A DNA stretch of 61,937 nt, filler included, from Sphacelaria rigidula (taxonomy: Eukaryota), in assembly GCA_964200075.2 (NCBI GenBank). It is 10 parts of 10 records of this genome, joined end to end, with 100 filler letters (N's around TTAATTAATTAA, not from the genome) between each part and the next. Parts side by side here need not be neighbours in the genome. Positions count along the whole stretch, not along the records: positions 49,632 to 55,734 come from CAXNAA020022206.1; positions 55,835 to 61,937 come from CAXNAA020022207.1; 8 more parts are not named here. The stretch is one strand, 5' to 3'. The notes beneath the pieces were generated by a model. That model did no database searches. It had not been told where the DNA came from and worked only from the letters and a program-made list of their open reading frames with translations. A program made the translations under genes and the position numbers. Within the stretch, counting starts at the first letter, position 1; each line of letters opens with the position of its first letter. Of this stretch, positions 50,327 through 61,937 are shown one piece after another.

Positions 50327-53300
50327 CTCAACGACATGGGCTGCACGTCACACCGCGGACCAAAAACCGTCACCGACTTTCTCAAGACGTAGACGAAACG
50401 GTTGTGCCGGAACGGATCCTCGTCCACGTTGATGAAGTGAGGTCGCCGGGTATCGGCTTCGAAGTGACTCAGGCTGGTGTATTGATAGACCGTGGGGAGG
50501 GGAGGGGGGGGAGGGGGAAGCGGCGGCGGGAATAGTGTGTGTTTTCGTCGTTCTCGATTCGTGCGTTTTGAAATAGCCCAGTAATATGTCGTGTCGCCGG
50601 CCAATCAGAAAAACGGTTCCCGTTTTTCCCTCTCTCTATTTCTCCATCTAGATTACACAAACACACTTAGTGGTCCCAAGTATAGTGCGACTGTGCATGA
50701 CGAAGAATCTTGACTCAGCTCGAAAAAAAAAAAACAGTAGTGCACGACCACTATTTACTACATCCCCCCCCCTGCACACTCAGGGTGCGGGTGGCGGGGG
50801 GGGGGAAAAAACCGGNNNNNNNNNNCGAAAAAAAAAAAACAGTAGTGCACGACCACTATTTACTACATGCGACTCTGAGCACACTCTGTGTGCGTACCAC
50901 ATCAGAGGGTCATGCACCACAGATAGCCGCACTGCATCGCCTCCCTTACAGGATAAGGGTTAGGTTGGAGAGTAGTGGAACAAACCAGTGTTCAAATCAC
51001 AGCCTCGTAGGGGAGGCGTTTTCACCCCCACTTCTGTTTTTTCCCGTCTCACATTGATGCCCTCTCCTTCGTCGGGATGAGTCCATGGTCTCACGAGATC
51101 AACCCTTCTCTCCCCCAGTCCACTATTCCCATGACATAAAAAGCGAAGGCGATTCGGTTACCGTCTGAAACTGCAGTAGCAACATTGTCATTCCTCCCCC
51201 GCTATACGGTGCACGTATATGTCACGGACCTGATACCTCGGCGACCATATTCCTCTCGCTGCTGCTCGAGCTGCCGCTCTTCCGGCGTGGGCCCCTTCTG
51301 TCCTTCACCGCCGCTGCTCAGAACTTCCCTGAGTTGCATCTGCTTGGCCTCCAGCATCTCCTGGAGTCGGCTGACCTACGGAGAGACAAAAGCGAAGTGG
51401 AAGATGACAACAAACAGGAAGTTACGTACGTACTGCCTTGAATTTCGCCACGTGCACGCGCAAATATCGTCATGAATTGACGATTAGTTTCAAAGTCGTT
51501 CTCACGATCAACCGAGGTAGGTCATACATCTATCTATATATTGATGCATGTAATCACGAAATTTTGAAGTTTTGGGTACGATAAACGTGAGACTAAAGTG
51601 CAGTTACGATGATATGCTTTGGTAACTGTACACGAGTGCGTAGTGTTTTTTTACTATTTTTTTACGTAAGGCTACCAAAGGGGGAGGGGGGCGATGTGGA
51701 GAATATCTGTATACTACTTGTAGAAGGGTATGCTTATCATATGAAGAAAACTATGTACGGGACACATCACCCTTCCCATTGGGCAGCGAAAATTCTTTTT
51801 ATTGGGCAGCGGATTTCATGTCTTGTTCAACAGTAGATTTTCGATCGCGGGTACGGAAGAATGACTTCTACAAAAGAAATAAGAAATGAATTAGGAACAA
51901 CACGGTATGTAGAAGACACGATCTGGGACGCAGGTACACTCAATAGAATTGTCGCCAATAAAACAGCGGCAGAGCGTGTCATCAGCACGTTGATCTTCAG
52001 TTCACAGTGATATACTTACACCGGGTTGATTCAGGAAACTTAAAAAGCTATCGTGTACCGAAGGAATGCGGGTTTCTTGGCTGGTCCCGCTCGTACAACG
52101 CTCCGTGTACTTTTTCCGAGCGGTCGTTATCGTCGTCGTCACCTCGGCGGCATTCTTGGACAACGACTCTCTCCGCCTCCGCGACTCCTGGCCCGCTGCA
52201 ACCTTCGCACGCGCCGCCTCCGCCGCCTCCGCCGCCTCCGCCTCCTTCGCCTCCTTTGCCTGGCTCGAACCCTCTTCTTGAATCTTCTCCGACGCCCCTA
52301 CGTCGTTCACGTACTTCTCGTCTTCCCCGCCCATTGTCCCATCTGCAGCAGTGCCGGCATCTAGAATCTTGGGGGCACTATCGGCCGCCTCAACAAGCTC
52401 GCCGTCTGCTTTGTGTTCGATCCCTGTCTCAGCGGGAGACGAGGGCGTGATTGCTGCCGCAGCAGGAGTGGGTACGGCGGCGGGGACCGCAGCAGGGGCT
52501 GGGGTAGCGAGCTCTACTTGTTGCCGCTGAAGCTGCTCCACTAACGCCTGCAATTGTTGTTGTTGTTGGTGGTGGTGGTGTTGGTGTTGGTGTTGGTGTT
52601 GGTGTTACCGGGTGAGTTTCAGAGGAAAGGGCAATGCGAGGGCGGGTAATGCAGACGTAATGGTTACATTTCTCGTAATCTCTGTCCAGTGTGCCGTTAC
52701 ATTAGCACGCCGCAACGGAAAAGAGTTCCTAAGGATGTCAACACCGCTGTTGGTATATAACATAACTGTTTTCAGGTCCTTTCAAACATTGAAATATCTC
52801 CTCGCCTTCCCAAAGCCCGCCCTCCCCTCCACTTCCCCCAGAAGCACCAAGCGTCGTTCACGCCAGTCAGCTGGAAGGACAAGCTACCATTCCACTGCTC
52901 TTGCGCAACAGTATATGAAGAATATCCTCATCAAAGGTTAATTGCACACCACCGATTCGTAAACTCGGAAGGTTAGTGAGACAGTAAGCAAACACCGGAA
53001 TGTGCTCATATACCGTTTTTATGTACGCCAGAAATTCTCTGCGTGTTGTTGGGAATATCGTAACATCTGTGAAACGTTCGATAGAGAGGTATATACACAC
53101 ACACTACGTGTACCAAATAGACGTGAACTTCTTCAACCGATACCTTCATCTGCTCCAGCTCGGCCATAAGCTTCCTCTCGGCGGCGGTGGCCTGCACCGT
53201 AGCCATCTTAGGTTTCAGCTTCACCACGGAGGCGTTTTTGGCAAACCCGAGCGTGGAAAACGTGTACCGGTGGTACGTCACCTCCGGTCGAATAGCACAG

Positions 53301-54771
53301 AACAAGTACGTCCTGCATGACGAAGGGCACACGGACCGTAAGAGGCTATCTTGTGACGGAAGAAACGAAAAAGTGTATAAAAAAAAGTGTATGCAACGTT
53401 AGGTACACAAGTAGCTGGCGGGTTAGCTGACCGAAAATTCAGACTTAATCGAACGTTAACCGAATGAATTGTGTCATCTTTTTTTAATGGTTAAAATGTG
53501 GACACACACATATACATATATATGTATATATTCCCGAAGTATATGTCGGTTCATGTCAACATTCTACGCAACAACACCCATCCATTTTGTTCACAGATTT
53601 TGAGTTGTTTTCCTTGCCATACTCAGAGCGTGTGTGCTACGTCTGGACTTCGTGAAACAAGACCATAACAACGTTTGTGTCTAAAAATATAAGATTTGTT
53701 GCCGCTGCCGCATACATGGGGGGGAAACGGCAGGGTTCAACGACGCCAGGTGGGTGCAGGTCAGCAAAATCTGCTGTCGGACGAGAACAATAAAATTTGC
53801 AGCTCACCTGGTAATTGTGGTACTAGTTTCAGTACTGCAATTTTTCTCTGTAGAATAGATCGAACGACATTAACAACCTTAATCTTGCCTTGCTTGCAGC
53901 ATGGTATCCTTGAGGTACTTGCACAGAAAGTACGAGTTACAGCCCGGAATGGACAAGCCCGGCTTCAGGGTCCCCTGCTGCACGGCCTCCGCCATTTTCA
54001 TGAAGAACTGGGCCATCTGTTGATGTTAATTCGCAACAGCGAAGATGGTGAGTGCTTAAAGGTTGGCCGAAACGGTGGCCGTGTTTTCCAGCCGGGAAAT
54101 GGTGTCTGAAAAGGACAGTCTACAAAACATTATGGAAGTATATCGTGAAAGGCCCCCTGTCATCACAAAACCTGAGGTATGAGTACTTGGAGAAGTGGTC
54201 GTCAACAAGTTGAGGTGAGCGAAGAAACCTCGCGAAATCGGACAAAGTTCACGGATTGTGGCTGAAGGTTTGGCTGGAAATCCTTCCATGTATACGCCGC
54301 GCACGTACCCAGCTGGTTCTTTATTTTTTATTCTTGTGTTTCCCGTAATCCCAGCTCGGTCACGTGTTCTCCGTAGAATCTCAACAGGGCGTCTCTGTAC
54401 GCTTTGAAGATCCCAATCAAGCCTTGATACTCCATTTGTGACTAACGCACGGCGAAACATACTCAGTGGCACTAGTCAAAGGCGAGCATTGTTATCAGAG
54501 GATTTTTATTTGTCGTACAATGATCCGGAACAACGGTCATTATTCGAAAGCACACGGGCACAGAGTACCCTTACCCATGTGCACATCTGTCTTTCTTCAA
54601 AAGGCGACAGAACGCGTGTTAAGTCAAGGCATGAGCAGACACAGATGAGGTCGAGATTACCTCGCTAAGGGAAAGGTTGATCTTCTTGCCCTGATCCTGC
54701 AATTCCTTGCTCTTGCGAGCATCTTCATGCGGGCCTACATACTTGTGTTCGATGTCTCCACCGGGAAACAC
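50327..54771 (-). CDS. Kinesin (kinesin-3-like), internal part; exons 54661-54771, 53889-54016, 53144-53312, 52143-52547, 51230-51375, 50327-50473
   Basis: Phase-compatible exons splice to ...QGKKINLSLSE MAQFF...YLKDTMLQARTYLFCAIRP...TFSTLGFAKNA..., a coiled coil, then GISLSHF...PHFINVDEDP (cf. kinesin-3 pre-FHA PHLVNLNEDP). Both gene ends lie off the contig. Confidence 0.88.
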
Positions 54772-55834
54772 CTGGGGATTTGTTTTACGTTGATCAGCCA
54801 AAAGTACGTGGCGAGGGAAGGGTAGGAGTGCATAAGCTAGGTGGTGCGAAACAAGAGCGTACGTCAACTCAAGTTGTCTTGTTTGCTTGCTGAGATGGGG
54901 ACAAAGCTGTGACGGCGAAGAGGGTATCCCTACCTATCTCCTTTGAGCGTGTTAACCCCTGAACGAAGGGAAGGACACAGGCGACCGCCCACAATCAATA
55001 TATCTATATATATATATATATATATATACCCCGACAAATCGTCGAGGTTGCGTGCGCGAAACTCCCGCGTCACACCTCTCAATCACCATCGCTTCGACAA
55101 TTTTCACGTACAGTGTTTCGTGTATCCCGCTCGTCTTGTGGGAGCGTGCCTTGTGCATATACGCGTTCACCACGGTGTGTATGCCTTCGGTGCATAACGG
55201 CGAGATGCGAGTACCACACCACATATGTATGTACTATACAGAGGCCACGGCAATCACTTCGCTTCTTCTCACCGCATGGATTGATTGCTTGATTGCTTGA
55301 TTATCTCATATTAGCTGATTGCAACAATCCAGCCCGTGGTCAGGAGCGGCAAGAAAAAAAACAGAATAATAAAAGAAAAAATAAAGAAAGGAATAGAGGA
55401 AGACAAAAGCAACGGCCTCAGAAAGGAAAGAAGAAAGGGAGTAGCGATAACAACAAAAACAACACCACCATTACCAACAACAATAAGAGCAAGAACAAGA
55501 ACAAGCAACAACAGTAATAACAACAAAATAACGACAAATAAACACATACACGCATCAACACCCCCCACACACTCGAACATATGGTGAGACACTCATGAGG
55601 CAGTGTATAAGACGTAGCTGTCTCTGGAAGTAGCGATGCCAGAAAGTAAAGCAACTCATTGTAAGCTGTCACCCAAATGCAAGATGATCAGTAGGCTTTG
55701 GGCCGAACCATCTTAGCAGGATGCAGCTCACCCTNNNNNNNNNNNNNNNNNNNNNNNNNNNNNNNNNNNNNNNNNNNNTTAATTAATTAANNNNNNNNNN
55801 NNNNNNNNNNNNNNNNNNNNNNNNNNNNNNNNNN

Positions 55835-58800
55835 CCAACAATCGTTTCGTTCCTGCACCCAGCGATTGCCAAGGCCCATGAACAACGAGTTGTGTATATC
55901 ATGCTACCCACTGCAACATGTTGCTGCTGTATCGCTCATGCGAGTCGCTTCGTCTGCGCATCTAGCGCTCGTGCTGCGAACAAGCTGTTGCCGAGCGCTG
56001 TTACCGAGTGCAGTAGCACCACACGCGCGATCTTCCCTTCTCTCGTCCCGCGACTGAACAAAATCCAAACGGAAATTCGAAGACAAATTGCTTGCATATT
56101 CTCCCCCACCGATCGTTTGTTTTCGCACCCAGCGAATGCCAACACCCATGAACAACGAGTTGTGTATATCATGCTACCCACTGCAACATGTTGCTGCTGT
56201 ATCGCCCATGAGAGTCGCTTCGTCTACTCATCTAGCGCTCGTGCTGCGAACAAGCTGTCGCCAAGCGCTGTTACCGAGTGCGGTAGCACCACACGCGCGA
56301 TGTTCTTTTGTCTCGTCCCGCGACTAAACATAATCCAAGCGGCAAAACAAAAGCACATTGCTTGCTTATTCTCCCCCGCCGATCGCTTCGTTTCTGCACC
56401 CAGCGATTGCCAACGCCCATGAACAACGAATTGTGTACAGCATGGCACACACTGCAACATGTTGCTGCTGTATCGCTCATGCGAGTCGCTTCGTCTGCTC
56501 ATCCAACGCCCGTGCCACCAACAAGCTGTTGCCAAGCGCTGTCACCGAGTGCAGTAGCACCACACGCGCGATCTTCCCTTCTCTCGTCCCGCGACTGAAC
56601 AAAATACAAACGGCAAAACAAAAATTACATCGCTTGCCTCTTCTGCCCCACCGATCGCTTTGTTTCTGCACCCAGCGATTGCCAACGCCCATGGACAACG
56701 AGTTGTGTACAGCATGCTACCCACTGCAACATGTTGCTGCTGTATCGCTCATGCGAAACGCTTTGTCTGGTCGTCTCTCGCCCGTGCCGCCAACAAGCTG
56801 TTGCCAAGCGCTGTTACCGAGTGCGGTAGCACGACACGCGCGATCTTCTTTTCTCTCGTCCCGCGACTAAACATAATCCAAACGGCAAAACAAGAACACA
56901 TTGCTTGCTTATTCTCCCCCGCCGATCGTTTTGTTTCTGCACCGAGCGATTGCCGAATACCATGGACAACGAGTTTGAGTACAGCATGGCACACACTGCA
57001 ACATGTTGCTGCTGTATCCATGCGAGTCGCTTCGTCTGCTCATCCAACGCCCGTGCCGCCAACAAGCTGTTGCCAAGCGCTGTCACCGAGTGCAGTAGTA
57101 CCATACGCGCGATCTTCCCTCCTCTCGTCCCGCGACTGAACAAAACCCGAACGGTAAAACAAAAAACACATCGCTTGCCTCTTCTCCCCCACCGATCGCT
57201 TTGTTTCTGCACCCAGCGATTGCCAACGCCCATGGACAACGAGTTGTGTACAGCATGGCACACACTGCAACATGTTGCTGCTGTATCGCTCATGCGAAAC
57301 GCTTTGTCTGGTCGTCTCTCGCCCGTGCCGCCAACATGCTGTTGCCAAGCGCTGTTACCGAGTGCGGTAGCACCACACGCGCGATCTTCCCTTCTCTCGT
57401 CCCGCGACTGAACAAAATACAAACGGAAATCCGAAGACAAATTGCTTGCTTATTCTCCCCCACCGATCGTTTTGTTTTCGCACCCAGCGATTGCCAACAC
57501 CCATGAACAACGGGTTGTGTATATCATGCTACCCACTGCAACATGTTGCTGCTGTATCGCTCATGAAAGTCGCTTCGTCTGCTTATCTAGCGCTCGTGCT
57601 GCGAACAAGCTGTTGCCAAGCGCTGTTACCGAGTGCGGTAGCACCACACGCGCGATCTTCTTTTCTCTCGTCCCGCGACTGAACATAATCCAAACGGCAA
57701 AACAAAAACACATTGCTTGCTCACTCTCCCCCGCCGATCGTTTTGTTTCTGCACCCACCGATTGCCGAATACCATAAACAACGAGTTGTGTACAGCATGG
57801 CACACACTGCAACATGTTGCTGCTGTATCGCTCATGCGAGTCGCTTCGTCTGCTCATCCAACGCCCGTGCCGCCAACAAGCTGTTGCCAAGCGCTGTCAC
57901 CGAGTGCAGTAGCACCATACGCGCGATCTTCTCTTCTCTCGTCCCGCGACTGTACAAAATCCAAACGGTAAAACAAAAAACACATCGCTTGCTTCTTCTC
58001 CCCCACCGATCGCTTTGTTTCTGCACCCAGCGATTGCCAACGCCCATGAACAACGAGTTGTGTACAGCATGGCACACACTGCAACATGTTGCTGCTGTAT
58101 CGCTCATGCGAGTCGCTTTGTCTGGTCGTCTCGCGCCCGTGCCGCCAACAAGCTGTTGCCAAGCGCTGTCACCGAGTGCAGTAGCACCACACGCGCGATC
58201 TTCCCTTCTCTCGTCCCGCGACTGAACAGAATCCGAACTACAAATCAAAAACACATCGCTTGCCTCTTCTCCCCCACCGATCGCTTTGTTTCTGCACCCA
58301 GCGATTGCCAACACTCCTGAACAACGAGTTGTGTACAGCATGCTGTAGACTACAACATGTTGCTGCTGTATCGCTCATGCGAGTCGCTTCGTCTGCTCAT
58401 CTAGCGCCCGTGCCGCCAACAAGCTGTTGCCAAGCGCTGTCACCGAGTGCAGTAGCACCACAAGCGCGATCTTTCCTTCTCTCGTCCCGCGACTGAACAG
58501 AATCGAAACTACAAATCAAAAACACATCGCTTGCCTTTTCTCCCCCACCGATCGTTTTGTTTCTGCACCCAGCGATTGCCAACGCCCATGAACAACGAGT
58601 TGTGTACAGCATGGCACACACTGCAACATGTTGCTGCTGTATCGCTCATCAGAGTCGCTTTGTCTGGTCGTCTCGCGCCCGTGCCGCCATGAAGCTGTTG
58701 CCAAGCGCTGTCACCGAGTGCAGTAGCACCACACGCACGATCAATCCTTCTCTCGTCCCGCGACTGAACGGAATCCGAACTACAAATCAAAAACACATCG

Positions 58801-61683
58801 CTTGCCTATTCTCCCCCACCGATCGCTTTGTTTCTGCACCCAGCGATTGCCAACACTCCTGAACAACGAGTTGTGTACAGCATGCTGTAGACTGCAACAT
58901 GCTGCTGCTGTATCGCTCATGCGAGTCGCTTCGTCTGCTCATCTAGCGCCCGTGCCGCCAACAAGCTGTTGCCAAGCGCTGTCACCGAGTGCAGTAGCAC
59001 CACACGCGCGATCTTTCCTTCTCTCGTCCCGCGACTGAACAGAATCGAAACTACAAATCAAAAACACATCGCTTGCCTTTTCTCCCCCACCGATCGCTTT
59101 GTTTCTGCACCAAGCGATTGCCAACACCCCTGAACAACGAGTTGTGTATATCATGCTACCCACTGCAACATGTTGCTGCTGTATCGCTCATGCGAGTCGC
59201 TTTGTCTGGTCGTCTCGCGCCCGTGCCGCCAACAGGCTGTTGCCAAGCGCTGTCACCGAGTGCAGTAGCACCACACGCGCGATCTTCCCTTCTCTCGTCC
59301 CGCGACGGAACAGAATCCGAACTACAAGACAAAAACACATCGCTTGCCTTTTCTCCCCCACCGATCGTTTTGTTTCTGCACCCAGCGATTGCCAACACCC
59401 CTGAACAACGAGTTGTGTACATCATGCTACCCACTGCAACATGTTGCTGCTGTATCGCCCATGACAGTCGCTTCGTCTGCTCATCCAACGCCCGTGCCGC
59501 CAACAAGCTGTTGCCAAGCGCTGTTACCGAGTGCGGTAGCAATACACGCGCGATCTTCCCTTCTCTCGTCCCGCGACTGAACAAAATACAAGCGGAAAAA
59601 CAAAAACACATCGCTTGCGTCTTCTCCCTCTCCGATCGTTTTGTTTCTGCACCCAGCGATTGCCAACGCCCATGAACAACGAGTTGTGTACAGCATGCTA
59701 CCCACTGCAACATGTTGCTGCTGTATCGCTCATGAGAGTCGCTTCGTCTGCTCATCCAGCGCCCATGCCGCCAACAAGCTGTTGCCAAGCGCTGTCACCG
59801 AGTGCGGTAGCACCACACGCGCGATCTCCCCTTCTCTTGTTTGCGCGCTGAACGAAATTCAAATGGCAAAACGAAAACATATCTCTTGCTTATTCTTCCC
59901 CAACAATCGTTTTGTTTCTGCACCCAGCGATTGCCAACACCCCTGAACAACGAGTTGTGTACATCATGCTACCCACTGCAACATGTTGCTGCTGTATCGC
60001 TCATGAAAGTCGCTTCGTCTGCTCAGCTAGCGCTCGTGCCGCCAACAAGCTGTTGCCAAGCGCTGTCACCGAGTGCGGTAGCACCACACGCGCGATCTTC
60101 CCTTCTCTCGTCCCGCGACTGAACGGAGTCCAAACTACAAAACAAACACACATCGCTTGCCTCTTCTCCCCCACCGATCGTTTTGTTTCTGCTCCAGCGA
60201 TTGCCAACACCCCTGAACAACGAGTTGTGTACAGCATGGCACACACTGCAACATGTTGCTGCTGTATCGCTCATAACAGTCCCTTCGTCTGCTCATCCAA
60301 CGCCCGTGCCGCCAACAAGCTGTTGCCAAGCGCTGTCACCGAGTGCAGTAGCACCATACGCGCGATCTTCCCTTCTCTCGTCCCGCGACTGAACAAAATC
60401 CAAACGGCAAAACAAAAAACACATCGCTTGCCTCTTCTCCCCCACCGATCGCTTTGTTTCCGCACCCAGCGATTGCCAACGCCCATGAACAACGTGTTGT
60501 GTACATCATGCTACCCACTGCAACATGTTGCTGCTGTATCGCTCATGCGAGTCGCTTTGTCTGGTCGTCTCGCGCCCGTGCCGCCAACATGCTGTTGCCA
60601 AGCGCTGTTACCGAGTGCGGTAGCACCACACGCGCGATCTTCTCTTCTCTCGTCCCGCGACTAAACATCATCCAAACTACAAAACAAAAAACACATCGCT
60701 TGCCTCTTCTCCCCCACCGATCGCTTTGTTTCTGCATCCAGCGATTGCCAACACTCCTGAACAACGAGTTGTGTACAGCATGCTACCCACTGCAACATGT
60801 TGCTGCTGTATCGCTCATGCGAGTCGCTTCGTCTGCTCAGCTAGCGCCCGTGCCGCCAACAAGCTGTCGTCAAGCGCTGTTACCGAGTGCGGTAGCACCA
60901 CACGCGCGATCTTCCCTTCTCTCGTCCCGCGACTGAAAAAAATACAAGCGGAAAAACAAAAACACATCGCTTGCCTCTTCTCCCCCATCGATCGCTTTGT
61001 TTCTGCACCCAGCGATTGCCAACACCCATGAACAACGATTGGTGTACAGCATGCTACCCACTGCAACATGATGCTGCTGTATCGCTCATCAGAGTCGCTT
61101 CGTCTGCTCAGCTAGCGCCCGGGCCGCCAACAAGCTGTTGCCAAGTGCTGTTACCGAGTGCAGTAGCACCACACGCGCGATCTTCCCTTCTCTCGTCCCG
61201 CGACTGAACATAATCCAAGAGGAAAAACGAAAACACATCGTTTGCTTCTTTTCCCCCAACGCTCGTTTCGTGTTTGCACCCAGCGATTGCCAACGCACAT
61301 GAACAACGAGTTGTGTACAGCATGCTACCCGCTGCAACATGTTGCTGCTGTATCGCTCATTCGGGTCGCTCCGTCTACTCAGCTAAGCCCATGCCGCCGA
61401 CAAGCTGTTGCCAAGCGCTGTCACCGAGTGCAGTATCACCACACGCGCGATCTTCCCTTCTCTCGTCCCGCGACTGAAGAGAATCCAAACGGCAAAACAA
61501 AAACACATCGCTTGCTTTTCCTTCCCCACCGATCGTTTTGTTTTCGCACCCAGCGATTGCCAACGCCCACGAACATCGAAATGTGTACAGCATGCTGTCG
61601 ACTGCAACATGTTGCTGCTGTATCGCTCATCAGAGTCGCTTCGTCTGCTCATCTAGCGCCCGTGCCGCCAACAAGCTGTCGCC
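55835..61683. repeat. Satellite array, ~271-bp monomer, ~21.5 diverged copies
   Basis: CACCCAGCGATTGCCAA recurs every ~270-272 bp from 55856 to ~61547. Confidence 0.97.
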
Positions 61684-61937
61684 AGGTCCTGTGACGGAGT
61701 GCTGTAAAATATCCGAAGAAACTGTCGAACAGCAATACGAAACTTTCCTGGAATCGCCATCGGATAGTGCCCGAACAACGAAACAGAAACCGACAAGTTT
61801 CCGTTTATATGAGAAAACAATGCGCATGGCACGCCTTCACGGCTCGAAATACACAGATTTTGATGGAAGTAAACTACTAACAGGGTTGCCAGAAAAATGA
61901 GAACGTATTTTGAAATGAGAATCAACCGCTCCCCGGG

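Noticed and set aside
50721..50867. Direct repeat CGAAAAAAAAAAACAGTAGTGCACGACCACTATTTACTACAT
   Set aside because: It flanks an internal 10-N gap next to G/C homopolymers, so it is probably a scaffold overlap artefact. The 41090-41270 gap region is similarly low quality.
54100..54480. Possible DDE transposase relic in a kinesin intron (GIFKAYRDALLRFY on minus)
   Set aside because: A single weak motif; too degraded to call.
55835..61683. CRISPR-like array
   Set aside because: Whole monomers repeat with no unique spacers and no cas genes; eukaryotic context.
55835..61700. Many Cys-rich ORFs (TATCCCCIAH) resembling a repeat-protein family
   Set aside because: The 271-bp period is not a multiple of 3, so frames rotate and terminate. 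These are satellite translation artefacts.

Overview
Eukaryotic, repeat-rich sequence, most consistent with a brown alga or related photosynthetic stramenopile (inferred from a bipartite plastid-targeting presequence with an NAF motif and GC-rich exons in long TE-laden introns). The window is NOT contiguous genome. It is ten contigs of 6105, 6104 (x5) and 6103 (x4) bp in descending size order, joined by identical 100-nt N/TTAATTAATTAA linkers, so adjacency across linkers is meaningless. Host genes: an apparently single-coding-exon CCT-domain protein (8872-10947), exon 1 of SQD1 (minus), and six exons of a divergent kinesin-3-like gene (minus) that includes a GC-AG intron. The remainder is mobile or repetitive DNA: a decayed chromodomain Ty3/Gypsy, four decayed Ty1/Copia pieces (two sharing one LTR), a DIRS/Ngaro-type tyrosine-recombinase retroelement carrying an 18 x 27-bp array, several MITE families (piggyBac-like, hAT-like, fold-back), a palindromic tRNA-like structure, microsatellites and a ~271-bp satellite. 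I see no convincing wholly new multi-gene system. The most unusual items are the head-to-head tRNA-like palindromes, the divergent kinesin, the atypical CCT protein and the array-bearing YR retroelement.
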